From Cenococcum geophilum (lineage: Eukaryota), in NCBI GenBank assembly GCA_050273025.1, contig CP158635.1, positions 3,410,001 to 3,474,000 of the forward strand: DNA of 64,000 nt. The letters run 5' to 3'. Below the pieces are notes generated by a model, which had not been told where the DNA came from, did no database searches, and saw only the letters and a program-made list of their open reading frames with translations. This document shows positions 1-13,863 of the stretch, piece after piece. A program made the translations under genes and the position numbers. The stretch's first letter is position 1, and the number at the start of each line of letters is the position of its first letter.

Positions 1-1310
1 TGAAGTTGCGAGGAGAATTTGAAGCATTTATACCATCGATTGATCCATCTGCCCTGCCTCGTAACGGATATGGCGGGATTATGTCATAGTGGTATCGCCT
101 GCAGGTTTGCCCCATGGCCCTCAAAATAATTCAAGGGTTATAGAGTGCAATGCTAGGGTGGAACCCAATGATGAGTATACGATCACCACATTCGGCACCA
201 CGACAGGTATTGACCCTGAAGACAATATCTTGGTGACCAGCGAGAGGTTTGTTGTTGCGCATGCAGTGATATTACCAGACTACCGCAACCAGTAGATTGA
301 AACGGAAATTATTAATACGCACGAGAGGAGTGCTGACAGAATAACTTTGTAACGCTATAGGATCTTAGTAATAGACGGAAGGTGGAGGGGCTCCTCTTCG
401 ATGCAATGCCTTGCATTTTGCATCGGACCCGAGGCCTAGCGGAAAAATGTCGTTGCCTCGCAAAAATGTCGCAAAACCCAGTCCCAATACAAATTTATAT
501 AAGAGGTAGGTTTAGCCATCACTATATAAATATAATTAATTACGGTTATAAAAATAAAGCTTTAACGATATGTATAAATTAATTTTAGGTATAAATTAAT
601 GTTATTTTAGCTCTTACTACTGCACTTAAAAGGCCCTCTCTACTTCTATATTACTATATTTGCTTTAATATATTAAAAGTAATATAATCATATTCTACCT
701 TAATTGAATACTGTAGTTCTTAAGGTATATTATAAATCTAATTCTATTTAGTCCTCTATTTAATTATATACCAAAGATTCTCTATAATAGAGAAATTAGA
801 AACTAAAGTAACTAAATATAATAAGGGATTTTAATCTCTCTTTATACTCGGTTTGTATTTTATACAACTTATTATTACTATTCTTAAAAGAAATAGTATA
901 TTTTACCTTTAATACTCCCTCTAATATAGCCTTTTTTTTTTTTTTTATATTTATTAAACTAGGCCTATTATATAAGGTTTTTGCTACTACTTTTACGGCG
1001 ACGCTTTTATAGTTGCCCCTACCTTTTTTAAAAGTCTTAAGAGCCTTATTTCCTCTTTTTATCGTTTGAAATTATAAAAGAATTAAGCTTATTAATATAT
1101 CTCTATTCTTTTTAATATATCTCTATTCTTTTTAATAGATTTAAATAGCCTTTTATATTAGGCACTCCTTTAAGGGTATAGTAGGATACTTCCCTTTATC
1201 CTTTAGTTTTATAGGAATATCCTCTATATTATAAAATATAAGGAAGCTTTTATAATTCTACTATAATACTATACTCTATATATATTAGAAAGCTACGACA
1301 CCTTTATACC

Positions 1311-1485
1311 TATTGGGAATATAGGCAAGTTGCCATTACGTGCGGCAAGTTGCCGTCACGTGTCGCCGCGGCACTAGTGTGGCGAGGAGCCTTAAGCTCC
1401 TCGCCCCCCCCTAAAGAATAAAGAACAACAATTATCATACTATCTACGAACCGTAGCTACGTAATATCCCCTTGTGTAACCAACA
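1311..1485 (+). repeat. Copia 5' LTR (175 bp)
   Basis: TA(TG)..CA termini; near-identical to 15148-15345; contains hairpin GGCGAGGAGC-CTTAA-GCTCCTCGCC. Confidence 0.93.
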
Positions 1486-1782
1486 CTAATTAGTAGTTAA
1501 CTTTATAGTTATACTATAGAACAGCTAGGTATTACCAAGAAGAGACAAGCTACTATACTAGTGCTACTTGTGCTAAAGGAAGCTATCTTTTAAGGTTAGA
1601 ACTGGTCCTAAACCTTAAATAGAACTCTTCCACAAATCTAAGGATCTAAAGGCTAGAACTAGTCCTAAGCCTTTTTAAAATTATGGATTCTTGCGTCTAT
1701 TACGCAGAATAATATACTTTATAAGTCTTCGCGATTTAAGGCCAGAACTGGTCCTAAGCCCTATAACCGCAAATATACGTTA

Positions 1783-1905
1783 TAAACGCGTACTAAACAA
1801 TAAACGCGTACTAAACAATAAACGCGTACTAAATAATAAACGCGTACTAAATAATAAACGCGTACTAAATAATAAATATATATTACAAACGCGTACTAAA
1901 CAATA
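1783..1905. repeat. 18-bp tandem repeat (TAAACGCGTACTAAAYAA)n in the Copia 5' UTR
   Basis: ACGCGT at 1786, 1804, 1822, 1840, 1858 and 1889, plus one degenerate unit. Confidence 0.95.
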
Positions 1906-4900
1906 ATCCCTACACTAATAATACTTCCCTCCCTCCAAAAACATGGCTACGCCTACTTTAAATAACTAGAAAGACTCCTTACTACTAGGGGTAGCTAAGT
2001 ACGCGAAACTTATTAATAAAGATTGGGATAAATTCGCCTTTAATATAACAACTTATACCGCAAAATAAGTTAACGGCTTTCTCCTACACTATATTATATT
2101 CTACTAAAATAGATGCTATACCAATTTATAACTATGGGAGTATTTTAGAGAGGATTTTATAGAATAGACTGCTAATACCTAGGCACTTAGCAACGTTAAT
2201 ATTATTCGGGATTTTTAAGACTTCCTCTGTAGAAATAGGGTATATATTACTAAAAATAGTAACCTAATTGCTAGTAATATTTAGGCCGTTATTACTAGTA
2301 TAGAAGAACTAATATGGACGGAAGCTAAAATTATATATTAACTATAGAAACCTAAAAACAACCTATATTCTTTAGAAGGTAACTTTAATTTATATTAAAA
2401 CCCCTAGAACGCTAACCCCCTACCTAAAGCTGCTCTCCCACCTAAAGGTGCTCTCCTACTTAGAGTTGCTCCGCCTTTACCTCCTCTACTTTAGCTAACT
2501 AGTAAGCCTTTATTATAAGAAGTTACGAATCTAATAAAGGTATATTTAGACGAAGAGAAGAAGTTTAGAGGAGAACTATATAATATGCTCGGAGTAAAAC
2601 TATAGGTCTTTTATAACTGTTATAATAAGGTTAGAATTTAACGCCACTAGTACTATTACGCTTTCTCTATTATATTAAAAGGATAGGCCGTAATATTCTA
2701 TTATAACTATATTATGGGTAAAAACTATAACTTTAATATAATGCTTTAGCTTACTAGAGCCTACTTTAAAACTAATAAGAATCGCTAACTTTATATATCT
2801 AAATGGCGGGAGACTATATTTTAGAGAGTTATTACTTCTAACCTAATAAAGACTTGTTTAGAGTACCTTTAACTACTCTTTAATAAACTCTAGAAAATCT
2901 AATATGGCCTTACTAAAACTTACCAAAATAAGAATAGTCTAAGGGATTAGGTTATCTTAGTATGCCGTGGCGTTCCTAAGTATAACTTAGCGCTATATAA
3001 ACCTATAGATACGTTTAAAGGAGTATATACTAAGCTACGCTCTGCTATAGGTACTGCGATATAAATATAAGAATCTTAACAGTTCTATACCAAAAACTCT
3101 ACTTAACTAAGTATTCCTAACTAACATAATTATAACTAGACTAATTAAATATATAGCGGCCGTAGTAGGGAATACAAAAGAGGGTATAATTAACGTTAAC
3201 TATAAGGTAATTATAGAGGTCCTTATGGAGGTTTATTTCAAAGTAATTGCTAGAAAAAGTGCTACGTTTGTAAGAAGCCAAATTACTAATTAATTAGACA
3301 CTCCCTTAATAAGCGAAAAGAGGTATATAATAAGTTCCGTTAGAGTATAAAAAACGTTAGAAATTATAAGGTTACTATAGCCTACTTTTAAAGCTTTCTA
3401 GTTTAATATAAAGGCGTAGAAGATCTTAAGGGTAAGGTTAATAAAACTAAATAGCTCCTTATAGATATAGAAATTGAGAACTACTTACCTAACTAATACT
3501 TTACTAAGTATGGTAAGATAAATAGTATACAAACCGTTGCTATTCTTAATAACTAATCTACGCTCCATTCTATTACAAAGTTAAATATCTTTAATAAGCC
3601 AAAGGAGAGCTTCGCGTTTTCCTTTAATAATAGATACTTAGTAAATGTCTTCTATAGTATTATACCGGATACTAAAGCTATAGGAGTATCTATAGTAGGA
3701 GAACCTTAAGTGCGAGCCCTTTAGTAGCTTAATAGCTTTATTTAGATTAACTATTTAACGGCAGGCTAATATACAATTCGTTTTAGCAAGGGTACTATAA
3801 TTTCTCTTAGTATAATTAGGGTCCAAACCCCCTTAGGGTGTATTACTTTCTATATTATTCCCATAAATACCCTATTTTTATTTTATATTAGAGATATAAA
3901 CAAATTAGGCGTTAAGCTTAATAACCTTAAGAATATACTTATACAGGGAGATAATCGGGTGCCTATTGTACGCAAGTAGGATTACCTTTAGCTACTCCTT
4001 TAATAACTAGAAAAGAGTGTTGCTTAGAGCTATTTAACTAAGTTAGAGTTACGCCAACTACACCGTTGTTTTAGTCACCTATTAGTTTACTAATTACTTA
4101 GGGTTCTTTAATAAGTAGGCTATAAAGTTAAGGTTAAGGCAATTAAGCATCTTATAAAATACTATTACTACTACTAAATAAACTAGAGGTCCCCTAGCCG
4201 ATTTAAGTTCACCCTTAAAGATAACTATAACTTTAACTTCTATATTATTGTTAACGTTATATATCTTAGCGGCAAGCTAGTACTCTAAGTTATTAACTTC
4301 TTAACCTCCTTCTAAGCCATATAATTTTTAAAGGATATATTAGCTAGGAACGCATAGGATACCCTTTAGTTATACTAGATTAATGTCTACCTAAAACCCC
4401 CTAATTAAATCGTCTATAACGTAGGAAAGAACTTCTTATCTATAGAGTTCCGATAATAAATAAAGGCAATAGCAATTAAGGTTAAGAAAGTCCCTATTAA
4501 GGCATATAATAGTATTAAAAAAGTAAAGTAATATTACGCGCTATTACGCCGCGTATATAAGATTATCTCTTTAGAACTAAAGGACGCTAGTAAAGAACTT
4601 ACCTTATAAATAGCTGTTAAAGCTATTAACGATTCTGCTAGCCTAGATAGACTTATACCTATATTACTAGTCTTTAGCGCCTACCTATAAATAACTAATA
4701 ATTCTTTACTATCTCCCTCTATTATATAATGAGCTAAGGCGATTTATAAGGTAATAAAGGAGGTATAACGCCTTTATACTATACGCTAGGTTAATAACGC
4801 ACTAGGAATAAGAAATGGCCTAAATACCTCAACTATAATTAATCTGCCACTTTAGTCTAAGGTACGCGTATAGCGTAAAAAGGGAGGATAGTTAGGCCCA

Positions 4901-5912
4901 TATTAACTTATTATAATTAATAGTTAAACTTATACTATTTAGATGCCTTACAGACCTACTTAATTCTATTTAACTATTATTAAGCCTTACTATAAAGATA
5001 ACAATTCCGAGCCTTTATAGGATGCCCTAAAAGATGCCCTAAAAGAGAACTATAATTAATATGCTCTAGAAGGCGACTATAATTCTAATATAATTATAGT
5101 AGATGCGCTATAACTATAACGCGGTAGAGGTCGCCTAAAGGGATTACGAAATTGCTAATATCTTACTAATTTTAAAGAACAATTTATTGCCGCCATTAAG
5201 AATAAAGTTAAGTTATTAATGGCCTTTATAACAGCTAAAGAAAAGGCTAACTTTAAGCTCGCAAAATAGCTCTAAAAGGAAGATTATATTATAACCCCAG
5301 GAGCTCCTTTCTAAGCATCCGACAAGTAGGAGATCAACGGTCTTATTATAAGAGGAGTCTTTAAATTTAAAAAGTATAACCTTACTAAGTTTAATAAAGT
5401 TCGCATCTTTAAGTTAAGGATAGTTAATAAGATTAAGGACAAGACTACTAACGCCCTATTTAAGAAATTAAGGCTTATTATCTAAGGTTATAATAATAAT
5501 AGCAAAGAGATAATTCTTATATAATCTCCTATAATTTAATAAGCTAGTTAGCGTGTCATTATTATATTAGCTCCCTCTTTAATAAAAAATGGAATAGCGG
5601 TTTATTTATAAAATATTACTTAAGCCTATACCCAATTAGAGACGCACCTTTAGCGCTTAATATTAGCATACCTTTTAGAGCAAATTCGCCACTAGTATTC
5701 TAAAGATACAATTATAGTTATACTTAAGCCATTATATAGAATCGCAGAGGTAAAAACTTATTGGTGGGTTACCTATAGTAAGCACTATAAAGAGAAGCTT
5801 TTAATAACTACTTCTATATTTGATTCCTGCTTCCTTATTATAACTATAGGAACCCTATTTAAAATTGTTGGTATATAAACTAATAATATAATTATCTTAG
5901 AAGACGACCAAT

Positions 5913-8900
5913 TGTTACGGACGCTTTAAGTACAATATTACGACTACTTGGAGAGGAGTCGGAAGAAGCTAGTTGGTTAATATAAGCACGGTCTAGGATG
6001 GAACCCATAGAACTATGTGACGAGGAATGGTAAGCAGAGTCATGTGGTATGATCTATATAATCTATATAATCTATAAGATCTGTTATAGAGCGAACAGAG
6101 TAGACAGAGTAGATAGAGTAATAACTTTCTTAGAAGTACGGTTGTGTATTTAAGGACCCTTAATCCCTACCTAGATAGTTCCTTCCTTGTAGTAATTCTT
6201 AGAATATAATTAGAGTTAATCTGTTAGGCAACCACTCCACTAGTTATTATTACGTTGTTAACTTTTGTACTTACATTTCCTATACACCTAGCCTAATAAC
6301 GAGCCCACCGTAGTTCTTGCTATAAGGTTCCGTTATATAATCACTATCTAGTTATAGTATTAATATAAGAAGTTAAATAACATACTACTAAAAGCAGCCA
6401 CTATAATACCATCGATGGCAGCAACTACTTTAGGGATAGGAGGTGATACTAGTATAGCGGATACTAACTTACAGCAACCTATAACGGTCGGATAGCTATA
6501 GGAAATAGTTAACTAGTTAACAGCTAATAATATAGTATTAGAAGAAAGACTTAACGGGATAGGAGCAGTAAAGATTAAGCTACTATTAATTGAGAGATTT
6601 ACAGGAGAGAGGTTAAAGCTTAAAGGATTCCTTATATAGATGCACTTTAAGGTCTTATAGGAGGGAGTAAAGTTACCTATACCCGTGGATCGGATAGCCT
6701 ATATAGGACTATTCTTATTAGGAAAAGCACTTAAGTGGTTTAAACCTTACCTTATAAAGATATAGGTAAACGGAATAACAACCACTAACTAAAACGTGCG
6801 ATTTATATTCTTAAGTTAGGAAGAATTCGCAGAGCAACTCACGCAGATATTTAGAGACCTAGAAGAAATAACTATAGCGGAAAGAAAACTCTAGAACCTC
6901 GTGCAACGAACTTTAGTAATTAAGTATATAATATAGTTCCAGACACTAGCAATATAAGTAAAGTAGAATAATAGGGCGCTTATAGTATAGTATAAACAGG
7001 GACTTAAGGCTAAAGTCTAGGACGTAATTATCTTAATAGAAGATACGGACACCCTAAGGGATCTAATAGATTAGGCGATTAAGATTAACAATTAGATCTA
7101 CTAAAGGGAATAGGTTAAGAGAGGCTAGGATAGAGTTCTATAGTTATATAAGGTGTAGAGTACGTAATAATAAAAGCTAAGTTAGAAAATATGGTATGGC
7201 GCAGAGCTAATGGACCTAAGTGGTACTAAAGAAGCCTATAAGAGATGGAGCAAACTATAAAAACCTAGAGGATAAGGATTAAGTAATTAAAAGTCTAAGG
7301 AGCAGAGGCCAAATTAGGGATCTTAATAGTAGAAGACATTTAGGCGGACTCTATAACAAGAGAAATAGTTTAAAGAAGGAGCTTATATAAATTGCGGAAA
7401 ATAGGGTTATTACGTTAGAGACTGTAGAAGTAGGTAGAGTTACTATATAGTAAAAGGTATAAGACTAGTAGACGATATATACATATAAAGGGATAATAAT
7501 ATACTGCGAGGAATAAAAGAATGTTTAATTAAAAGTTTTGCGTTTTATTATAATAACGTATACCGAATTCATAAGGACGCTAAGTACGGCGTAAGCTACT
7601 GGCTATAAGAGCCAGCACCTGTAGGATGTAGAAGAACTAACAAACTAGTTCGCAAATTGGACATTAAGGACAATAAATTCAACCTAGGCGAAATATTCCG
7701 TGACGATAAGGTAATAAGGGCCGCTTACTGGGAGTAAGTAGACCTTAGAGATATTATACTAGAGGTAGAGGATAATTTCACTATAGAATAGGGAACATTA
7801 GTAGGGATCGAAACCCCACTAGATATAATGTCTATCGCTTTACGAGATGTAAGAGAAGTAGGACAGCAAACCACTTCGGCACTTAATAAAGGTAAAAGGC
7901 TAAAGGCTTAAGATTCTTAAGATAAGATAAGAGATAACTAAGATTCTTAAGACGAGATAAGGTAAGCTTAAGGACCTATAACGGATAATAACCAATGGAG
8001 TAGAGCAGTAGCTTAGTTTAAAACTATATAAATGAGCTTAGAATAGAAGTTCCTATAGGCATAAGATTCTTAAGACAAGATGAGTGAGATTTAAAACTCT
8101 TAAGATGAGATAAGAACACTAAGTAAGCCTAGTTAGACTAAGGTAGGAGCTAAGCTTAAGTTAGAAGCAAGCTTAGGATTAAAGAATCTAAGAGGTTAAG
8201 AATTTAGAGTATAAATTAGGACACCCACAGACAAGAGGCAAGGAGCTTCTTTATAAATTAGAGAATCTGCGATATAAATAGCGATTAGACTGGGAGACAG
8301 ATATATAGACCTAGAAGACTTACTAAGGGAATATAGTGTTTAGCCTAAAGATTGAAAAGTTAATACCAAGATTAAGAAGTATAAAGACTTTAAGGATCTA
8401 CTTATAAGACGTAATATAAAAGAAACTATAGAGGAGTTTAGGGCAAGAATTACCTTATAGTAAGAGCAGAAACTAGATAAAAGATCTAGCATATTAGGAC
8501 ATATAAAGGACAGAGCACTAGTATAAAGAATCACTAATAGGCTGAGAGTAGGCACACTAAGAGCTAAGTAGCTTATTAAACTGGAAGATAAAGAGGATCT
8601 AGGGATTCTAACTAGGTTTGAGGAATGATATATAAAGGGTTGTCACAATGCAGTAATAAGAAAATACTTCCTTACGGATAAACTGTATATACTCTAGCAG
8701 CTGTACTAAAAGTGGTATAGGTAAAGGCACAATAATAAGTGGGAAGATTTCTATATATAGTTGGATGAAAAAGTTATTTAGGACTACCTAATTATAGAGA
8801 AGGCCATAACATATATTAAAGGAGCCTTAATTATAACGTTAAAGGATCTAGAGGAACGTTTAGAGGACTAAAGAAGTAAGAGATATATCTTAGTACCTGC

Positions 8901-11900
8901 AAATAAAGTTATAATGTTTAGATTAGTATAATAAAGGTTTAAACTTAAGGATGAAGACAAGCTAAGAGTTAACCTAAAGCACCTAGCATATTACACGTTA
9001 TTATAGATTACGTGCGTAGACGATATATACGAAATACATAAGAATCTAAAGGAAAAGAATCGGAAATACCCTATAAGGATATACTAGATAATGGATAAGC
9101 AATAGTACAGGAATGCTAAATATATATATAGATGGCATCTAGCAGAGGTCTAAGAGGAAGGGAGTTTAGTACTTTAACTAGGAAGATTCCTTATAGAAGA
9201 ATGCTTAGACGGACAATAGTAGTAGAAATGCCTAGAAAACACGTGTCTATGGTATATTAAAGATAAAAAGTGAACTAGGCATTAGCTAAAGAGCGAGCTA
9301 AGTATACTAGGATTAAGCAGCTAATAGTTAGGAAAAGTAGAGGCCTATAGGACTAAAGGGAGCTAGTAGTAGAGCCTTAGACCCTTAAAGGAATTTAAGG
9401 ATAACACCTAAATTTATGGATTAATTGGTAAGATTAGCAGTTTAAAGCGCTAATAGATAGTAAAGCAACGCGAAACTATATCTTATTAGTAGTAGTTAAG
9501 AGAATAGGGCTACCTTATAGATAAAAGGAGCAATTTTACCTATTAGTTACAATTTTAGGAGATCTAATAACCTATAGAGGAGGGATTATTAATCTTAAAA
9601 CAGGACCTATTTAGATAACTATTAAAGGGAGATAAATTAAGATGTCTTTTAATATCCTACTATTAGGACGGGATAAGGCAGTATTAGGCATGCCTTAGTT
9701 ATAGGAATATAATTTAAGAATTAATTAGATTATAGGTTAAGTTAATATTAGAAATACTTAACGCCGCAAGATATAATAATAAGCTAAGTTGGTATAGTAC
9801 TAAGTAGGAGTAACCTACGAAGAAATAGAAAAAGGACTAAGTTATATACTAAAGAGATACTATAAGTACGGCAAGAAACTATAGTCACTAGAAAGTGAAA
9901 AGCTGTTAAAGTATATAGTATAGGACTATAAGATAGAGTTGGAACTAGAAACAAGTCTAAAGTTTTTTCTAATTTATAAGCTTATTAAAGAAGAAGGTAG
10001 AGCGTTAAAAGAGTTTATCTAGGAAAATCTATAAAAGGGATATATTAGACTATCGTAGTTATCAGCAGGTTATCCAGTACTATTCGTACTAAAGAAAAAT
10101 GGTAAACTAAGGCTGTGTATTAACTATAGACAGTTAAATAGCATTACTAGGAAGGATAGGTATCCTTTACCCTTAATTAGCGAAATCTAAGATAGGATAG
10201 GCAATGCGTAAATCTTTATAAAGATAGATCTAAGATAGGCGTACTATTAGATTAGGATTAAGGAAGGCAATAAATGGAAGGCAGCCTTTAGGTTAAAGGA
10301 AGGACTATATAAACTATTAGTTATACAATTTAGGCTTATAAACGCACTAGTAACGTTCTAGAAGCGTATTAATAACGTATTAGGGGAATACTTGGATGAA
10401 TTTATTATGGTATATTTTGATAATATTATTATCTATTTAATGACTAAGGAAGAATATGGGGAACACGTTAAATAGGTCTTAAAGAGACTATAAGAAGAAC
10501 AGATGCCAGTAGTAATTAAAAAATGCGAGTTCTTTACTAGGAAGACCGATTTTATTAGATTTATTATTAAATTAGGCTAACTTAGTATAGATCTAAAAAA
10601 GATTAAGGCTATAGTAAATTAGTAGGAACTAGAGAACATTATATAGTTAAGATTGTTTCTAGGGTTTTGCAATTACTATAGAAGGTTTATAGCGCAGTAG
10701 TTAAAGGATATTAAGCTATTTACGTAGTTAATAAAGAAAGAAGAACTATAGGTATAGGGAGAGGAGTAAAGAGAACTCTTTAAAAAAGTTAAAGAGTTAT
10801 TTACCTAGGAGCCAGTTCTTAAGATCTATTAACTAGGACTAGAGACGGTTATAGAAATAGATACATTAAACTATATACTAGGGGCATGCTTTATATAAAG
10901 GCATTAAGATAGATAGCACCTAGTGGTATACTATAGTTGGAAGATAATACTACCGGAGTTAAACTATAACATCTATAACAAGGAGTTATTAGGTATAGTT
11001 ATAGTATTAAAGGAATAGAGAGTATTCTTGTAAGGTATAGAGAAACTATTTATAGTTAAGACGGATTATAAAAACCTAATAGGATTCCTAATAACGAAGA
11101 AACTTAACTAAAGATAGGTTAGATGGGTAGAGATGCTTACGGAATACTATTTTAAAATTTAGTATACTAAAGGTACAGATAATACGCGGGCAGATACTCT
11201 AAGCCGTAAAGCTAAACTATAAAATGAGGAAAAGCCATTAGGGGCTTTATTGCGAAAAGATATAGACGGATTAATTAGGTACAATTATCCGAAAATTGTA
11301 GCAACTTAAGAAGATAATAAACTAGAGAAAGTCTATAAGACACCAGAAAGCTTTTAAGCATAAAGAATTCTAGAAGCATAGCTAGAAGATTTATAGACGG
11401 ATATATATAAAAATTGAGAAGTAAAGTATATCCTAAGAAGTATAGTAGAGCAGTTTATAAAGGACTTCTATAAGGGACTAACCTAAGGACACAATAGAGC
11501 TATAGGCTTAGTGTTAAGACTCTAGGAGGAGTATATTATTAATAGAATCTAAAGGATAGCTAAAAGGGTTATAAAGGAATGTCTAGATTGCTAAAGGAAT
11601 AAACTAACGAGGTATAAGCTATATAGAGGGCTACAACCTATTAAAATACTAGAGAGACTATAGGAGGTTATATTATGGGACTTTATTATTAAGTTGCTAA
11701 AATTAAGAGATCCTATTACCGGACAAGATTATAATGCGATCTTAGTGATAGTAAATAAGCTTACGAAGTGGGGATACTTTATAGCATATATAGAAGAAAT
11801 CTTAGCGAAAGATGTCGCTAGAATTTACGTTAAAGAAGTGTTTATAAGATATAGAGCACTAAGCAAGATTATATTAGATAGAGATTTAAGATTCGTAACA

Positions 11901-13863
11901 GTATTCTGGGAAGTGTTCTTAGCGGAGTAAGGAGTTTAAGTAGCAACTTCCACCGTATATTATTTATAGACAGACGGTTAAACGGAAAGATTAAATTAGA
12001 CGCTAGAGCAGTACCTAAGGCATTATGTTAATTATGTATAGAATAATTAGGTATTACTGTTACTAGTTATATAGTTTGCATATAATATAACACCTTAAAA
12101 AGGAATAGGCATATTACTATTTAAGGCAAATTACGGATATAAGCCGAAAACATCGTTATTACTATAGTAAGCGAAGAAAACGAGTAATACAGCTAAAGAG
12201 AGAATGAAGATATTAATAAATCTTTATATAGATCTTACGGAATTAGCAAAGAAAGTATAAGAGAAAATAAAAAAGTACTATAATGCTAAGAGATCTAAGG
12301 GACCAGATCTTAAGGAGGGAGATAAAGTATAGCTACTATACAAAAATTTCAAGAGTTGACGACTAAGTAAGAAGTTAGACTATATTAGACTAGGACCTTT
12401 CAAAATTATATAAAGGATTTTACCGGTTATGTTTAAGTTAAACCTACTAGCTAAAATAAAGATTTACCCTATATAGTATATTGTAATGCTAGAGCTAGTA
12501 TATAGGAATGTTAAGCCACCGGTTTATAAAGCAGATATGTATAGAGGATAAGAAGAAGACAAATGGTAAGTATTGAAGATTATTAATTATAAGGATATTA
12601 ACGACAAAATATGGTACAAGGTTAAGTAGATAGGCTATACTAAGACTACCTAGAAGCTACTAAAGAATTTAAAGAACGCTATAGGAAAGGTACAGGAGTA
12701 TTAGAAGAGATTAGGTTAGGCAGTATTAATAAAGAAGGATTGCTAAAGAATGAGTTACCTAAGGGGGACCTAAGAAAAGCAGTTGCTGAACTACTCGGAT
12801 CTATTTCCTTCTCTATTAGAAGAGAATCCGTTCTTTTATTACCTAGTTCCTACAGACCTTACTCTATAAGTTTCTACTCCTTAGAGCAAACCTTCTTATA
12901 AACGCGTTAAAGACGCTAAACTTGTATAAAAGCAGATTGCTAAGCCTTAAGGGCATAAGCAGATTCTTTAGATCGACGATAAGCTTCCGCCAGCGCTGCG
13001 GCAAGATTACCCTTAAGTTTTTCTGCCTTAGATTAAATATAAAACCCTAAGATAAATTAATTAGGGAACTAGACGACTATTAAGAGTAATAAGTCGCGTA
13101 TATTTAATATTAGAGATAGAGCGAATATTATAGGATAACTAAATATTCGCTTTAGTGCACTCTAAATAAGAGGAAGGTTGCTAGGACAAAGGACTCGCCA
13201 ATGTAATATAAACTAGTCCCTCTTTTACACAATAAGAATATAGAAAAGGTATTATCTCGCTAAGAGATAATATTATAGTAATAGTACGAGACCGACGGGC
13301 TATAAAGGAAGAAGAAGGTACTTTAGGCATTATAAGTAATAATATTAACTAAATTAATTAGATGGATATTATACCTCTAGTAAACAACCTAGAGATACTA
13401 GGTATCTTTAAGGACAAAGATAGAGAGGAGGGAGATAGTATTACGGACGCTTTAAGTATAATGTTATAACTACTTAGAGAGGAGTTAGAAGAAGCTAGTT
13501 AGTTAATATAAGCACGGTCTAGGATGGAACCCGTAGAACTATATGACGAGGAATAGTAAGTAGAGTCACGTAGTATAATCTGTATAATCTATATAATCTA
13601 TAAGATCTATTATAGAGCGAATAGAGTAGACAGAGCAGATAGAGCAATAACTTTCTTAGGAGTACGGTTGTGTATTTAAGGACCCTTAGTCCCTACCTAG
13701 ATAGTTCCTTCCTTATAGTGATTCTTAGAATATAATTAGAGTTAATTTATTAGGCAACTACTCCACCAGTTGTTATTACGTTGTTGACTTTTGTACTTGT
13801 ATTTCCTATATACCTAGCCCAATAACAAGCCCACCGTAGTTCTTGCTACAAGGTTCCGTTATA
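5913..13863 (+). mobile_element. Ty3/Gypsy chromovirus LTR retrotransposon, family A copy 1 (full-length, RIP-inactivated)
   Basis: 425-bp LTRs 5913-6337 and 13439-13863; TSD CCAAT (5908-5912 / 13864-13868); PPT AGAGAGGAGGGAGATAG before the 3' LTR. gag from ~6400, PR (ALIDSGA ~9447), RT (~10070-10600), RNase H, IN (ORF 11694-11930), chromodomain (W..YKVKW.GY..TTWEP, ~12555-12700). Confidence 0.96.
12690..13330 (-). pseudogene. Antisense accessory ORF of Gypsy family A: Zn2Cys6-like N-terminus plus predicted helical/coiled-coil C-terminus (RIP-damaged)
   Basis: ATG at 13330(-) MPKVPSSSFIARRSR..; RIP-reverted C-x2-C-x6-C-x13-C-x2-C-x8-C; homologue at 48764-49400(+); 3' end approximate. Confidence 0.6.

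Noticed and set aside
89..295. 68-aa ORF, possibly the last exon of an upstream gene (CTGCAG acceptor at ~104)
   Set aside because: No recognisable motif, and the upstream context is outside the window
1691..1906. ORF with KRVLNN repeats
   Set aside because: Only the translation of the 18-bp tandem repeat in the Copia UTR
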